Shown here one piece after another: positions 18,166 to 27,509 of a stretch of 64,000 nucleotides of DNA; the stretch's first letter is position 1, and every line of letters begins with the position of its first letter. The translations under genes were made by a program, and so were the position numbers. Source of the DNA: an uncultured Candidatus Saccharibacteria bacterium (lineage in GTDB: Bacteria; Patescibacteriota; Minisyncoccia; Phycocordibacterales; UBA5272); NCBI GenBank assembly GCA_964517625.1, contig CAZFBW010000003.1, forward strand, positions 46,107-110,106, written 5' to 3'. The notes beneath the pieces are model-generated. The model had not been told where the DNA came from. It saw nothing but the letters and a program-made list of their open reading frames with translations, and did not search any database.

Positions 18166-19851
18166 ATGGACATGCTTTCACTCTATCTTCAGTTTGAGTT
18201 CGGCAAGTTTAGGAAATATTTTGCCACAAGGACAACGGCGAAGGCGATTACTGCCACTCTTTTTTTTGTGGTGTTTGGGTTTGTTGCTTTGGGTATCTAT
18301 TCATTTTTTATTTCTGGTTTTAGATATATCAACTACATGGTTGAGCCAGATTTTCGTCTGCCTCTTACACTTCTCATTTACGAACTTTTTTTACTTGTTT
18401 TGGCTGGTGTGATTGTTCTTGGTTCTATTGTTTCTGGACTTTTTAATCTTTTCCGTGGGGAAAATGATGCATGGTTTTTGAGCACGCCTGGGTACAAAAT
18501 ATTCCCAACGCTTATATTTACAAAAAGCATACTTGCTTCCGCTTGGCCGTTATTGGTTATGTTTTTGCCTGCCGTGCTTGCATTTAATAAAGTGTACTAT
18601 CTTGGATTGGCAAGCCTCTTACTTGTGCTTCTTTCGGTGATTACTCTTTTGTTTTTAACAAGCGCAACGACACTCTCAGTGGTTGTACTTATTGGATATG
18701 CGTATTACGCAATCTCAAAAGTATTCAAAGCATTGAGGTTTACATTTAAAGGGTTTATCTCGCTTCTTCTTGTTGCGATTGTTGCTAATCTGGCAATTGT
18801 TTGGAAAGTGGTAGCTTCACTTGATTTGGTAAAAATATTTAAGGCAGATGATGCGGATGCTCTCGTTACAGTTTCAAATATTGGAAGTTATTTTACACTG
18901 TACCCAACGCACCCGTTTGCGATGGAAATCATACGTTTACAAGAAGGTGGTTGGCAAGATGCTTTGATGTATGCGTCTCTACTTTTCTTATTCGCCGTAC
19001 TTGCGGTTGGTTTGTGGTTCTTTGCGTCTTCGTTTTTTTATCCGTTGTGGCAAGGTTTTCAGGAGGGAAGTTCACAGTCAAGAAATGATACTATGTCATT
19101 GCGTGTGCGCAACGGGTATCATTTCGAAGGAAGCGCTCTCACCGCCTTATTTAAAAAAGAAGCACTTGTTTCGAGTAGGAATTTCAAGGCTGTACTTTGG
19201 TTTTTGTTTCTCTTGTGCATTTGGCTCGTACAGATAGGGACTAGTTTTATCATGGAGCACAACGTTAGACGCCACGAAGTAGACATTAGTGCTACGCTCG
19301 CAACACTTCAGACGATTCAGTTTGTAGTCGCTACATACTTCATTTCCGCGTTTACGCTTCGTTTTGTGTTTCCGTCATTTAGTGTTGAGAAAAAAACGGC
19401 GTGGATTTTAGGTACTGCTCCGCTTTCCAAAACGCGAATATTTTTTGGGAAGTATTTATTTTACACATCATTTTTTGTCGTGGTTGGACTTTTGATGAAT
19501 TATATAAACATGAATGTTTTAGATATTGCTTTAGGGCAGGCTCTTTCTTCAACATTACTTTTGGCCTCCGTGATTGTTTTTATTGTAACGCTTGGACTTA
19601 CTGTTGGTGCGCTGTTTCCAAACAGAGAATCTGATGATCCGGAGGTTATCTCAACAAGCATGTCGGGGCTTTTCTTTACAGCGCTTGCACTTTTGTATGG
19701 AGCACTTGGTGCTTGGACACTTCATACATCATTACTTAAAAACGGAACATTTCTTCCACTACTTGTTCTTATAGTTGTTTCGATTATTTTAGTTGGGTTT
19801 ACTCTTGTTAAAATCCCGGAACTATTAAAGAGAGGGGTTTTTGGGGAATAG
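18166..19851 (+). CDS. ABC exporter permease (multi-TM)
   Basis: many TM helices, directly after the ATPase; RFVFPSFSVE...WIL..AP. Confidence 0.85.
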   Translation: MDMLSLYLQFEFGKFRKYFATRTTAKAITATLFFVVFGFVALGIYSFFISGFRYINYMVEPDFRLPLTLLIYELFLLVLAGVIVLGSIVSGLFNLFRGENDAWFLSTPGYKIFPTLIFTKSILASAWPLLVMFLPAVLAFNKVYYLGLASLLLVLLSVITLLFLTSATTLSVVVLIGYAYYAISKVFKALRFTFKGFISLLLVAIVANLAIVWKVVASLDLVKIFKADDADALVTVSNIGSYFTLYPTHPFAMEIIRLQEGGWQDALMYASLLFLFAVLAVGLWFFASSFFYPLWQGFQEGSSQSRNDTMSLRVRNGYHFEGSALTALFKKEALVSSRNFKAVLWFLFLLCIWLVQIGTSFIMEHNVRRHEVDISATLATLQTIQFVVATYFISAFTLRFVFPSFSVEKKTAWILGTAPLSKTRIFFGKYLFYTSFFVVVGLLMNYINMNVLDIALGQALSSTLLLASVIVFIVTLGLTVGALFPNRESDDPEVISTSMSGLFFTALALLYGALGAWTLHTSLLKNGTFLPLLVLIVVSIILVGFTLVKIPELLKRGVFGE

Positions 19852-19862
19852 GGTTTTTCCTT

Positions 19863-21125
19863 TTATATATTGTTTCCTGCGACAAATCCGGTTGTCCAGC
19901 AAAGCTGTAAACTGTATCCGCCTGATGGTCGGTCGATGTCTAATACATCACCAATTAAAAATAAATTTGGTACAAGGCGGGATTGCATTGTTTTGAAATC
20001 AACCTCAGTAAGAAGAACGCCACCCGATAAAATGATTGCTTTTTCTTTTCCAAGTAATCCTTTAACGTGTAATTTGATATCTTTAATTTGTTTTGTGAGG
20101 GTTACGCGATCTTCGCTACTTACGCTGTGACAAAATGTTTCTCCATCAATACTGGCGAGTTTTAATACAATAGATACAAGTGGAGAGGGGATGAATAGCC
20201 CTAAAACATTTTTTAGTTTTTTATTACTTTCTTCTACGAGCACGGATTGTAAGCGCTGTTTTAAGGTGCCGGCATCAACGGAAGGGAACATATCAAGTGA
20301 AATTATCACCTCGCCATACTTTAAAAGTTCGCCAATATCTTTACTCATGTTTAAAACGGTTGGTCCGCTAATACCGGTGTGTGTAAACAAGAGTTTCCCT
20401 TTATAATTTTCTTGCTTTTGATTGTTTTGAAAGGTGGTGAGTTTGATTTCAGGAAGTGTGAGTCCACTTATTTTTTTAACCCACTCGTCAGAAAGGGCAA
20501 TAGGGACAAGAGCACCGGTGTCTTCTTTGACTGTGTGTCCAAACTTTTTAAGCCAGTTGAATCCTTCGCCAGTTGAACCAGTTTCTGGTCGAGAAAGTCC
20601 ACCGGTTGCAATAACGCAAGCTTTTGCGTGAATGTCATTTCCACTTTTTGTTTTAATAATAAAACCGTCATCTTCTTTGTTTTTTGAAATTCCACTCACA
20701 ACACTACTTTTCTGAATAGTCACTTTTCCTTCCTGCATGTACGTGTAGAGCACATCAAACACAGTTTGTGCAGAATCAGAAACAGGGAAAATGCGCCCCT
20801 CGTTTTCTTCCTTGGTTTTCATTCCTCGTTTGTTAAAAAACTCGAGTGTATTGGTGACATCAAACTGTGAAAATGCAGAAAAGAGGAATTTGTCATTTCC
20901 CTTGTACTTGGCGAGCATTTCGCGAGTATTTGTTTTGTTGTTGGTCACATTACACCTCCCACCGCCTGTTATAAGCAGTTTTTTGCCCAAAGCAGTGTTC
21001 TTTTCAAGAAGGAGAACCTTCTTACCACGCTCTGCGGCACGGCCGGCTGTCATCATTCCTGCTGGACCACCACCCACAACAACAACATCCCACACTGTGT
21101 GTGTTTCTTTTTTCAATAAAGCCAT
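19863..21125 (-). CDS. HI0933/BaiN (RdsA-like) flavoprotein
   Basis: GGGPAGMM, GKKLLITGGGRCNVTN, GRIFP, LFTHTGISGP, GGYSLQ. Confidence 0.93.
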   Translation of the reverse strand: MALLKKETHTVWDVVVVGGGPAGMMTAGRAAERGKKVLLLEKNTALGKKLLITGGGRCNVTNNKTNTREMLAKYKGNDKFLFSAFSQFDVTNTLEFFNKRGMKTKEENEGRIFPVSDSAQTVFDVLYTYMQEGKVTIQKSSVVSGISKNKEDDGFIIKTKSGNDIHAKACVIATGGLSRPETGSTGEGFNWLKKFGHTVKEDTGALVPIALSDEWVKKISGLTLPEIKLTTFQNNQKQENYKGKLLFTHTGISGPTVLNMSKDIGELLKYGEVIISLDMFPSVDAGTLKQRLQSVLVEESNKKLKNVLGLFIPSPLVSIVLKLASIDGETFCHSVSSEDRVTLTKQIKDIKLHVKGLLGKEKAIILSGGVLLTEVDFKTMQSRLVPNLFLIGDVLDIDRPSGGYSLQLCWTTGFVAGNNI

Positions 21126-21271
21126 TATACCACGATTTTGAAAATATTGACAGAGGTATTTTTTTGTTGTTTTAGGATGAGCGTTTTGACTTTTTGTTGC
21201 TCTGGAAGTAGCATACACACTAATTGTTCTTCAGATGTACTGGATAGTGATTTCCTTGAAAAGGGGAACGT

Positions 21272-21688
21272 ATGAATCCTGAACAATTCTTGGATTTGCA
21301 AGAGTGTGAACAAGTCAGTTTACGAAACGGTGATGGGGCAGTCTACATCATTCATCAAAAACACGGATACGCACTTCTTGTTGCACATGTCGCACTCATT
21401 TTGAAAGACAAGATCAAAGAATGGTGTTTCTTAAATGAACGGCAGGTTGAACGGCTTGAAGACATGAGTGTCGGTATGCAGGTTGCACGCAGGCATCCGA
21501 ACCCTGAATATCACATCATCACAGAAGTGAATCATGATTACGCAATCGCGGTGCGAACGCCGTTTGTGCGTCTGCGTAATGCCGAGAGTTGGGTTTGTGT
21601 GGTTGGTGGTAGGAAGCAGTCAGCAATTCTTGTGGACGCTGTTGGTCCTGAGGTAGCATCAGGGGTTGGCAAGATTTCACCAACGTAA
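21272..21688 (+). CDS. hypothetical protein
   Basis: AAGGGG SD; first gene of a two-gene accessory unit. Confidence 0.55.
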   Translation: MNPEQFLDLQECEQVSLRNGDGAVYIIHQKHGYALLVAHVALILKDKIKEWCFLNERQVERLEDMSVGMQVARRHPNPEYHIITEVNHDYAIAVRTPFVRLRNAESWVCVVGGRKQSAILVDAVGPEVASGVGKISPT

Positions 21689-21723
21689 TTTTTGATAGTC
21701 TAACCACCAAAGAAGGAGGCCAC

Positions 21724-22143
21724 ATGAGCGATGGACAAAAAGGACTTTACTTTGCACATCCTATCAACACGTACAACACACCGCTCGAAGCTTCATTGCT
21801 CGAAGCAATCAAGCAAGCTTTTCCGGACCAAGTGATTCTCAATCCGAACTCTCCGGAGCATCAGGCAGGATTTCAGCAGTACAAGGAAGCAGGGAATTCG
21901 ATGCTTTATTTCAGCAAAGAAGTTTTGCCTTCCTGTCTCGGATGTGTTGCACTTCCATTTCCTGATGGTAAGTGGGGTGCAGGTGTGTACAAGGAAATGC
22001 TCGACATCTTTGTGATGGGTTTCCCGCTTTGGTCAATTGACCCCCTCACAAAAATTTCGGAACTTCCGGAACTTCCTGGTGGTGTTATCACGATTGCTGA
22101 AACCAGGCGACGCATCAAGTTGCCCTACGAGGAAGCCGTGTAA
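21724..22143 (+). CDS. nucleoside 2-deoxyribosyltransferase-fold protein
   Basis: LYFAHP...ILNPN...C..VAL.....GAGVYKEM pattern. Confidence 0.55.
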   Translation: MSDGQKGLYFAHPINTYNTPLEASLLEAIKQAFPDQVILNPNSPEHQAGFQQYKEAGNSMLYFSKEVLPSCLGCVALPFPDGKWGAGVYKEMLDIFVMGFPLWSIDPLTKISELPELPGGVITIAETRRRIKLPYEEAV

Positions 22144-22210
22144 GTCACTCAAATCAAGACATCTACTAAAAACCCGTGCTGTGTGCACGGGTTTTTTCTT
22201 TTGTTACATT

Positions 22211-22597
22211 CTAATGGTGAACGTTTTGGTCGTGGTGGGCAACGATACGGCCGTACTTATCTTCAAGGCGTTCAATATCATTTTCATCAAAAACACCCAT
22301 TGCAACCTCCAAAAAAACAATTGGCTCATCAGTTGATTCCATGCGATGCGTGGTGCCACGAGGAATGGTATACACTTGTCCAACGACAACCGGGGCTCGT
22401 TCATCGTGAAGTGTTACGAATCCTTTACCAGAAAGCACTTTCCAAAATTCGTCACGATTAGAATGTTTTTGCAACGAAAAACCTTGGCCAGGAGCAACAG
22501 TAATTATTTTTACAGTTGACTGTTGGTTTAATGTGAACTGTTCAAACTGTCCCCACGGGCGCTGTTCTATAAAATGGTGTTCTAGGTTATCTATCAT
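22211..22597 (-). CDS. mannose-6-phosphate isomerase type II C-terminal cupin
   Basis: RPWG, SLQKH..RDEFW, HRM, EV..G..DENDIERLEDKYGR. Confidence 0.9.
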   Translation of the reverse strand: MIDNLEHHFIEQRPWGQFEQFTLNQQSTVKIITVAPGQGFSLQKHSNRDEFWKVLSGKGFVTLHDERAPVVVGQVYTIPRGTTHRMESTDEPIVFLEVAMGVFDENDIERLEDKYGRIVAHHDQNVHH

Positions 22598-22702
22598 AAT
22601 ATTTCAAGTATAGTATGTGTTTTCAAAACCATGCTGTGGACTACCAACCACACAAAGAAAACCCACGCAATATATTGCGTGGGTTTTCTTTAATATAATG
22701 AA

Positions 22703-23176
22703 TTAAACAAAGATAATCTGCACACCATCAACCTGTGCTCGTTCGTAAAACTGTCCAACTGTAAGAATTCCATCCAAGTCGTCACGCATATCTTCCTTTT
22801 TTAGTTTGAACATATCCATTGCAAGCTTGCATCCGTAGAGTTTTCCACCCGCTGCCTTAATCATATCCAAAAATTCAGGTACTGGAGGAATATCAAGTTC
22901 TTCCATACCTTTCATCATCATGGATGTTGCCAGTGCTTCCATACCAGGAACTGCACCAACAACGGTTGGAATATGCATTGCTGGATTACCGACAGTTGCG
23001 ACATGTAAATGTTTTGCCTTTTCTTTGTGGATTGCCTCAAGTCCAAAAAAGGTGAAGAACATCTCTGCTTCCATTCCTTCGCTTAATGCTCCGTTTGCAA
23101 GCACGAGCGATGCGTAGACGCTCTCAATGGTTGCTTTTGAGTTGATAACGAGTACTCGTTTTAGTTTTTTATCCAT
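22703..23176 (-). CDS. DsrE/DrsE_2 family sulfur-relay protein
   Basis: MFFTFFGL, LYGCKLAMDMF. Confidence 0.88.
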   Translation of the reverse strand: MDKKLKRVLVINSKATIESVYASLVLANGALSEGMEAEMFFTFFGLEAIHKEKAKHLHVATVGNPAMHIPTVVGAVPGMEALATSMMMKGMEELDIPPVPEFLDMIKAAGGKLYGCKLAMDMFKLKKEDMRDDLDGILTVGQFYERAQVDGVQIIFV

Positions 23177-23201
23177 AGATGTGAAATTAGGTTATGTAAT
23201 A

Positions 23202-23513
23202 TTATAAGCAACTCATTGGCTTCATGAGTCCTGCAATTTTTGATGCATTCTTAAGCGGTCCGCCAGGGAAGAGGGTGTAGAATTCTTTAATGTCTACAAT
23301 TCCAGAGGAACCAACCTGGCGAATTGATAGGTGCGCTCCGCCTGAATCTTGGTCACGCAACCACTTGATAACTGCCCAGTGTTTTTCTGTTAGATCATTG
23401 ATACCAGTTTCTTTTGCAATTTCTTTTGCAATATCTTCATTCCAATCATTTTTATTGGTGAGATATCCTTCTTCGTTTACATCCACTTCTTTGGTAGCGA
23501 TAGTTTTTAGCAT
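23202..23513 (-). CDS. TusE/DsrC family sulfur carrier
   Basis: EEGYL...DW...A, LTEKHWAVI, LFPGGP...ASKIAGL.KPMSCL (penultimate Cys). Confidence 0.92.
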   Translation of the reverse strand: MLKTIATKEVDVNEEGYLTNKNDWNEDIAKEIAKETGINDLTEKHWAVIKWLRDQDSGGAHLSIRQVGSSGIVDIKEFYTLFPGGPLKNASKIAGLMKPMSCL

Positions 23514-23517
23514 AATT

Positions 23518-24774
23518 TTATTTTTTAATATCTTTTCCGGCTAATGGCACATTCGGACCAACGAAAGGAATCGAGAATCCGCGCATGAGTACATTCCAGT
23601 ATATATAACGAAACACAAGTTTGCCTAGGTGGTTTATCCTCGTTGCTTTAAGCAATGAGAAAGGTCCAACAAGAGGCAGTGGAAATGTTCCTGTAACAGG
23701 TTCTATATCATATCCGAAATCAACTAAAAGTGCTTTGTCGTTACCTGACTCCACATAGCAGTTTGCGTGACCGTCAAATTTGGCAGACAGCGGTTTTCCT
23801 TCAAGGAAACTTAAGATATTTTCTTCCAAGATTTCTGCTTCAAAATGAGCAACCGAACCTGCCTTTGATGCGGGGATATTGGTCGCATCGCCAATGACAA
23901 ACATGTTCTGGTATTTTTGTGATTGGAGTGTTTGCTTGTCGGTTGGGATGAAATTAAGTTCATCACCTAACCCTGAACGCTTAATAAGCGCATCGCCCAT
24001 ATTTGGTGGGACAGTTACAAGCAAATCAAAAGGGACAGTCTTTTCATCGTATGAACGAATAAGGTTTTCCTTTTCGTCAACTTCAGAGATGCCAAAATCT
24101 GGAACAAGCTTAATGTTCCTCTCTGAGAGCATTCCTCCTAAAACACGAGACGCTTCTGGTTTAGTAAAAGCACCAGACAGAGGGGTAACATAGGAAATCT
24201 CTACCTTGTCACGCATATTTTTCTTTTTGAAATAATCATCGAGAAGAAAAACAAACTCAAGCGGGGCAACGGGGCACTTGATTGGCATTTCAGAAATATG
24301 CATTACGATCTTGCCTCCCGTGAAGGCGGTAAGTGCGGTATGAAGCGCGGTTGCTCCTTCTATCGTATAGAAATCATGAATTGTTTTATGGTAGCGCTCA
24401 CCTGACATGTTTGTTACCTGGTCAGGAGCGATATTTGCGCCAGTTGCAACAATGAGAATGTCGTAGGGAAGAATACTTGCATTGCTTAAAATAACTTCGT
24501 TTTTGTCGGCATCAATCTTTTCTACTGCGCTCTCAATGTAGGTTGCACCGCGCGGAATGAAATCCGTTCGTTTTTTGAGCAAATCCTCCTCTGTATATCT
24601 TCCAAAAGGAACGAAAAGGAATCCTGGTTGGTAGTAATGTTTTTCATTTTGATCAACAACAGTTAGTTCAAAGTTGTATTTTTGCTTATGAAAAGCGAGG
24701 CGATTGGCAATCATGGTTCCGGCGGTACCTGCACCGAGAATGAGTATTTTCTTTTTTTGAGTTGATTGTTCCAT
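23518..24774 (-). CDS. sqr: sulfide:quinone oxidoreductase (type III-like)
   Basis: GAGTAG, HYYQPGFLF, KCPVAPLEF, GDAT..P.SKAGS.AH, FDGHANCYVESG. Confidence 0.88.
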   Translation of the reverse strand: MEQSTQKKKILILGAGTAGTMIANRLAFHKQKYNFELTVVDQNEKHYYQPGFLFVPFGRYTEEDLLKKRTDFIPRGATYIESAVEKIDADKNEVILSNASILPYDILIVATGANIAPDQVTNMSGERYHKTIHDFYTIEGATALHTALTAFTGGKIVMHISEMPIKCPVAPLEFVFLLDDYFKKKNMRDKVEISYVTPLSGAFTKPEASRVLGGMLSERNIKLVPDFGISEVDEKENLIRSYDEKTVPFDLLVTVPPNMGDALIKRSGLGDELNFIPTDKQTLQSQKYQNMFVIGDATNIPASKAGSVAHFEAEILEENILSFLEGKPLSAKFDGHANCYVESGNDKALLVDFGYDIEPVTGTFPLPLVGPFSLLKATRINHLGKLVFRYIYWNVLMRGFSIPFVGPNVPLAGKDIKK

Positions 24775-24940
24775 GTGTGTTGTGGGTGTTGTCCTAATAA
24801 TACATTTAAGTTTAGCATGAGGGAGTCGTGTGTTTGTGTTTACAAATAAAAAAAACTGTCGACGCGTGTCGACATTTTGATTGTATTACTTACATCATTA
24901 GCACCAAGGGCATCTTTCTAGTATCCTGTATTGAATACTT

Positions 24941-25513
24941 ATGTATCTTCGTCTTCTCATTAATACGCTTTGTGAATTTGTTCCAATCGCAAGTTTTGTT
25001 GCAGTAAGTGAATATGTTGATTTTATACAAGGCGTGAAAGTTTTAATTATTACAACAATTATTGCAACCCTTGTATCCTGGTATACAGAAAAACATATTC
25101 CCAAATTTGGCATTACGGCAGCGATAACAATTCTATTATTTGGTTTTTTGACGCTTTACTTCGATGACCCATTTTTTATTATCATTAAGGATACCTTGTA
25201 TTATGCTGGTTTTGCGGTAGCCCTTCTTATTGGTATGTGGCAAAAGAGGTTCGTTTTTAAATTCTTCTTTGATGATTTTTTCGCTATGACCGACAGGGGA
25301 TGGAGAATTCTTGAAAAAAGGTGGATTGTTTTTTTTATTGTGCTTGCGGTTGCAAATGAAATTGCTCGCGCGAACCTTTCTCCTCATCTTTGGGCTGAAT
25401 ATAAGTTCGTTGTATTGCTCATTACCTGGGTTTTTGGCTTCTACCAACTTACTCTTTCCAAAAAAGAACGATTACCAGAGGCAAGCGAGCTCGGACTACG
25501 CATTAAAGGATAG
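24941..25513 (+). CDS. intracellular septation protein A (YciB/IspZ)
   Basis: FG.LTL.FDDP.FI.IK.T, GW..L..RW..FF..LAVANE, W..YK. Confidence 0.85.
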   Translation: MYLRLLINTLCEFVPIASFVAVSEYVDFIQGVKVLIITTIIATLVSWYTEKHIPKFGITAAITILLFGFLTLYFDDPFFIIIKDTLYYAGFAVALLIGMWQKRFVFKFFFDDFFAMTDRGWRILEKRWIVFFIVLAVANEIARANLSPHLWAEYKFVVLLITWVFGFYQLTLSKKERLPEASELGLRIKG

Positions 25514-25672
25514 TTGATACAAAATTGAGAAACGCCCAAGTAGTTGGGCGTTTTTTTTGGTGTGTATTAAGTATTTGCAGACAAATGTGCAGGAGATACA
25601 CTTATGGGTAGGGTGTCTTGAATGTTTATGATTCGTTTATTTATTAAATAATTCATATTTTATATTTATTGT

Positions 25673-25870
25673 ATGCTTTCACTCGTTGCTCGCATTCTGG
25701 TTATTGTGGGTGGTGTTAACTGGGGACTTGTCGGTCTCGGCATGCTTCTTGGTAAAGGAGATGTATGGAATGTTGTGCGCATGATTCTTGGATCAGTTTC
25801 ATGGTTGGAGGCAGTTGTCTATCTACTTGTTGGTGTTGCTGCTGTGTATATGGCAATACCTCGTCAATAG
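25673..25870 (+). CDS. DUF378 family membrane protein
   Basis: LVIVGGVNWGLVG, VYLLVGVAAVY. Confidence 0.9.
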   Translation: MLSLVARILVIVGGVNWGLVGLGMLLGKGDVWNVVRMILGSVSWLEAVVYLLVGVAAVYMAIPRQ

Positions 25871-25931
25871 TTAGCAATTTAAAACCAAAACAAAAAATGG
25901 ACATCCGGTCCATTTTTTGTTTCTTATAATA

Positions 25932-26189
25932 TTACGAGTTAATTCTAAAAAATGTTCGCATTCTTTTTGCGAGACGATGGTACCAGTGCTCTACATGATG
26001 GTTCTTTCTAGCAAAGTGTTCAAGGCGCCCTTCAAGGTATTTGCTTTCAAAAGAAAGCAAGATAAGTCCGATGACAATTGGAATTACTCCATTTAGTATC
26101 GGAAGCACAAGTCCAAAGATACCAACTAAGAGTAAAACGACGGCGAGGGTTATGCGAAATATTTTTTTAATGCGAGCTACGCTTAACAT
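25932..26189 (-). CDS. small membrane protein (PGPGW-like)
   Basis: GLVLPILNG...GLILLS.E; -10 box 7 nt before ATG. Confidence 0.6.
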   Translation of the reverse strand: MLSVARIKKIFRITLAVVLLLVGIFGLVLPILNGVIPIVIGLILLSFESKYLEGRLEHFARKNHHVEHWYHRLAKRMRTFFRINS

Positions 26190-26383
26190 TGGATGTAGTA
26201 TAGCAAGAGTTTTTCTTTAAGAGGGGGACACTTGGTAAAAATGTGTTCGACAAGGTATTTATCCACAGAGCAAATAGTGACACCTGGTATACACTTGTAG
26301 GTATATAGAGTGGTTGGGAGGCCTACTTTTTGTCATTTTCTCATGAGCACATTATCTACAACAACATTTTATAAACCATAGCT

Positions 26384-27496
26384 ATGTTCTACTCATTTTT
26401 CCTTCTCCTTGTCGTTGTCTTTGCAACAATCTCCTACGATAAATATTTGCGTAGTGACGGGAAAGGGCGACTTAGTAAAAAATTTCCAAGAATCAAACGC
26501 GTTGAACATCCGCTTCATCGTGCTCACCATAACCCACTCATTTCTCCTACTCCATATAGTAGCTGGCAATCAGAGTGCGCGTTCAATCCAGCTGTCATTC
26601 AAGACGAAGAGGGTAAGGTACATCTTATTTATAGAGCAATCGGCGCTGACGGTGTTTCAAGGTTTGGTTATGCGTCAAGCAAGGATGGTTTTCATTTTGA
26701 TGAGCGCTGTCCATATCCTGTGTTTGAGGCGGCCGCACTCGGGCGCCAAAATCGTGGAACACGCAAGTATGATCCAGTGTTGTATCCATCAGGCGGGAGC
26801 TGGGGAGGATTTGAAGACCCTCGTACTGTTTTAATTGGGGATAGAATGTACATGACATTTATTGCCTTCGGTGGTTGGCAGTCGATTCGTATCGGCCTTA
26901 CGTCCATTTCTCTTTCAGATTTGAAGCAAAAGAAATGGAATTGGAAAGAACCAATCTTTATTTCTCCAGAAGGTGAGCGCCACAAGAACTGGGTACTCTT
27001 CCCAGAAAAAATTAATGGCAAGTTTGCAATTTTCCATGGTATTGCTCCAAAAATCTATGTTGATTATGTTGATTCATTAACAGAACCATTTACGATTCAA
27101 AGTCCTCGCCCTGAAGGCCCTCAGCCTGGTCGTAAGGGCTTCTGGGATAACCGTATGCGCGGTATTGGCCCTCCACCAATCAAAACAGGCTTGGGATGGC
27201 TTATTCTTTATCATGCTATTGACCAGCTTGAACCTCATAAGTACAAACTTGGAGCAATGGTTCTTGATTTGCACGACCCAACAAAAATACTCTACCGAGC
27301 ACCGGAACCAATTCTTTCTCCTGATATGCATTATGAAAATGATGGTAAGCCGGGCATTGTATATGCATCTGGTGCAGTTGTTCGCAATGATATTCTCTAT
27401 GTGTACTACGGTGGTGGTGATAAGCATGTCTGCATTGCACAGACCCCACTTAACGATTTACTCGACTATCTTGTACGTCACGGCAAGGAAGCTTAA
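26384..27496 (+). CDS. GH130 glycosidase/phosphorylase with N-terminal anchor
   Basis: NPLISP, FNPA, YRA, EDPR, KNWVLFPEKING, GWLILYH, YYGGGD. Confidence 0.9.
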   Translation: MFYSFFLLLVVVFATISYDKYLRSDGKGRLSKKFPRIKRVEHPLHRAHHNPLISPTPYSSWQSECAFNPAVIQDEEGKVHLIYRAIGADGVSRFGYASSKDGFHFDERCPYPVFEAAALGRQNRGTRKYDPVLYPSGGSWGGFEDPRTVLIGDRMYMTFIAFGGWQSIRIGLTSISLSDLKQKKWNWKEPIFISPEGERHKNWVLFPEKINGKFAIFHGIAPKIYVDYVDSLTEPFTIQSPRPEGPQPGRKGFWDNRMRGIGPPPIKTGLGWLILYHAIDQLEPHKYKLGAMVLDLHDPTKILYRAPEPILSPDMHYENDGKPGIVYASGAVVRNDILYVYYGGGDKHVCIAQTPLNDLLDYLVRHGKEA

Positions 27497-27509
27497 TTAC
27501 TTATGATAT

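Noticed and set aside
26259-26267. DnaA box TTATCCACA (near-matches at ~2321 and ~50142) as oriC
   Set aside because: The boxes are isolated, with no cluster and no dnaA/dnaN nearby.
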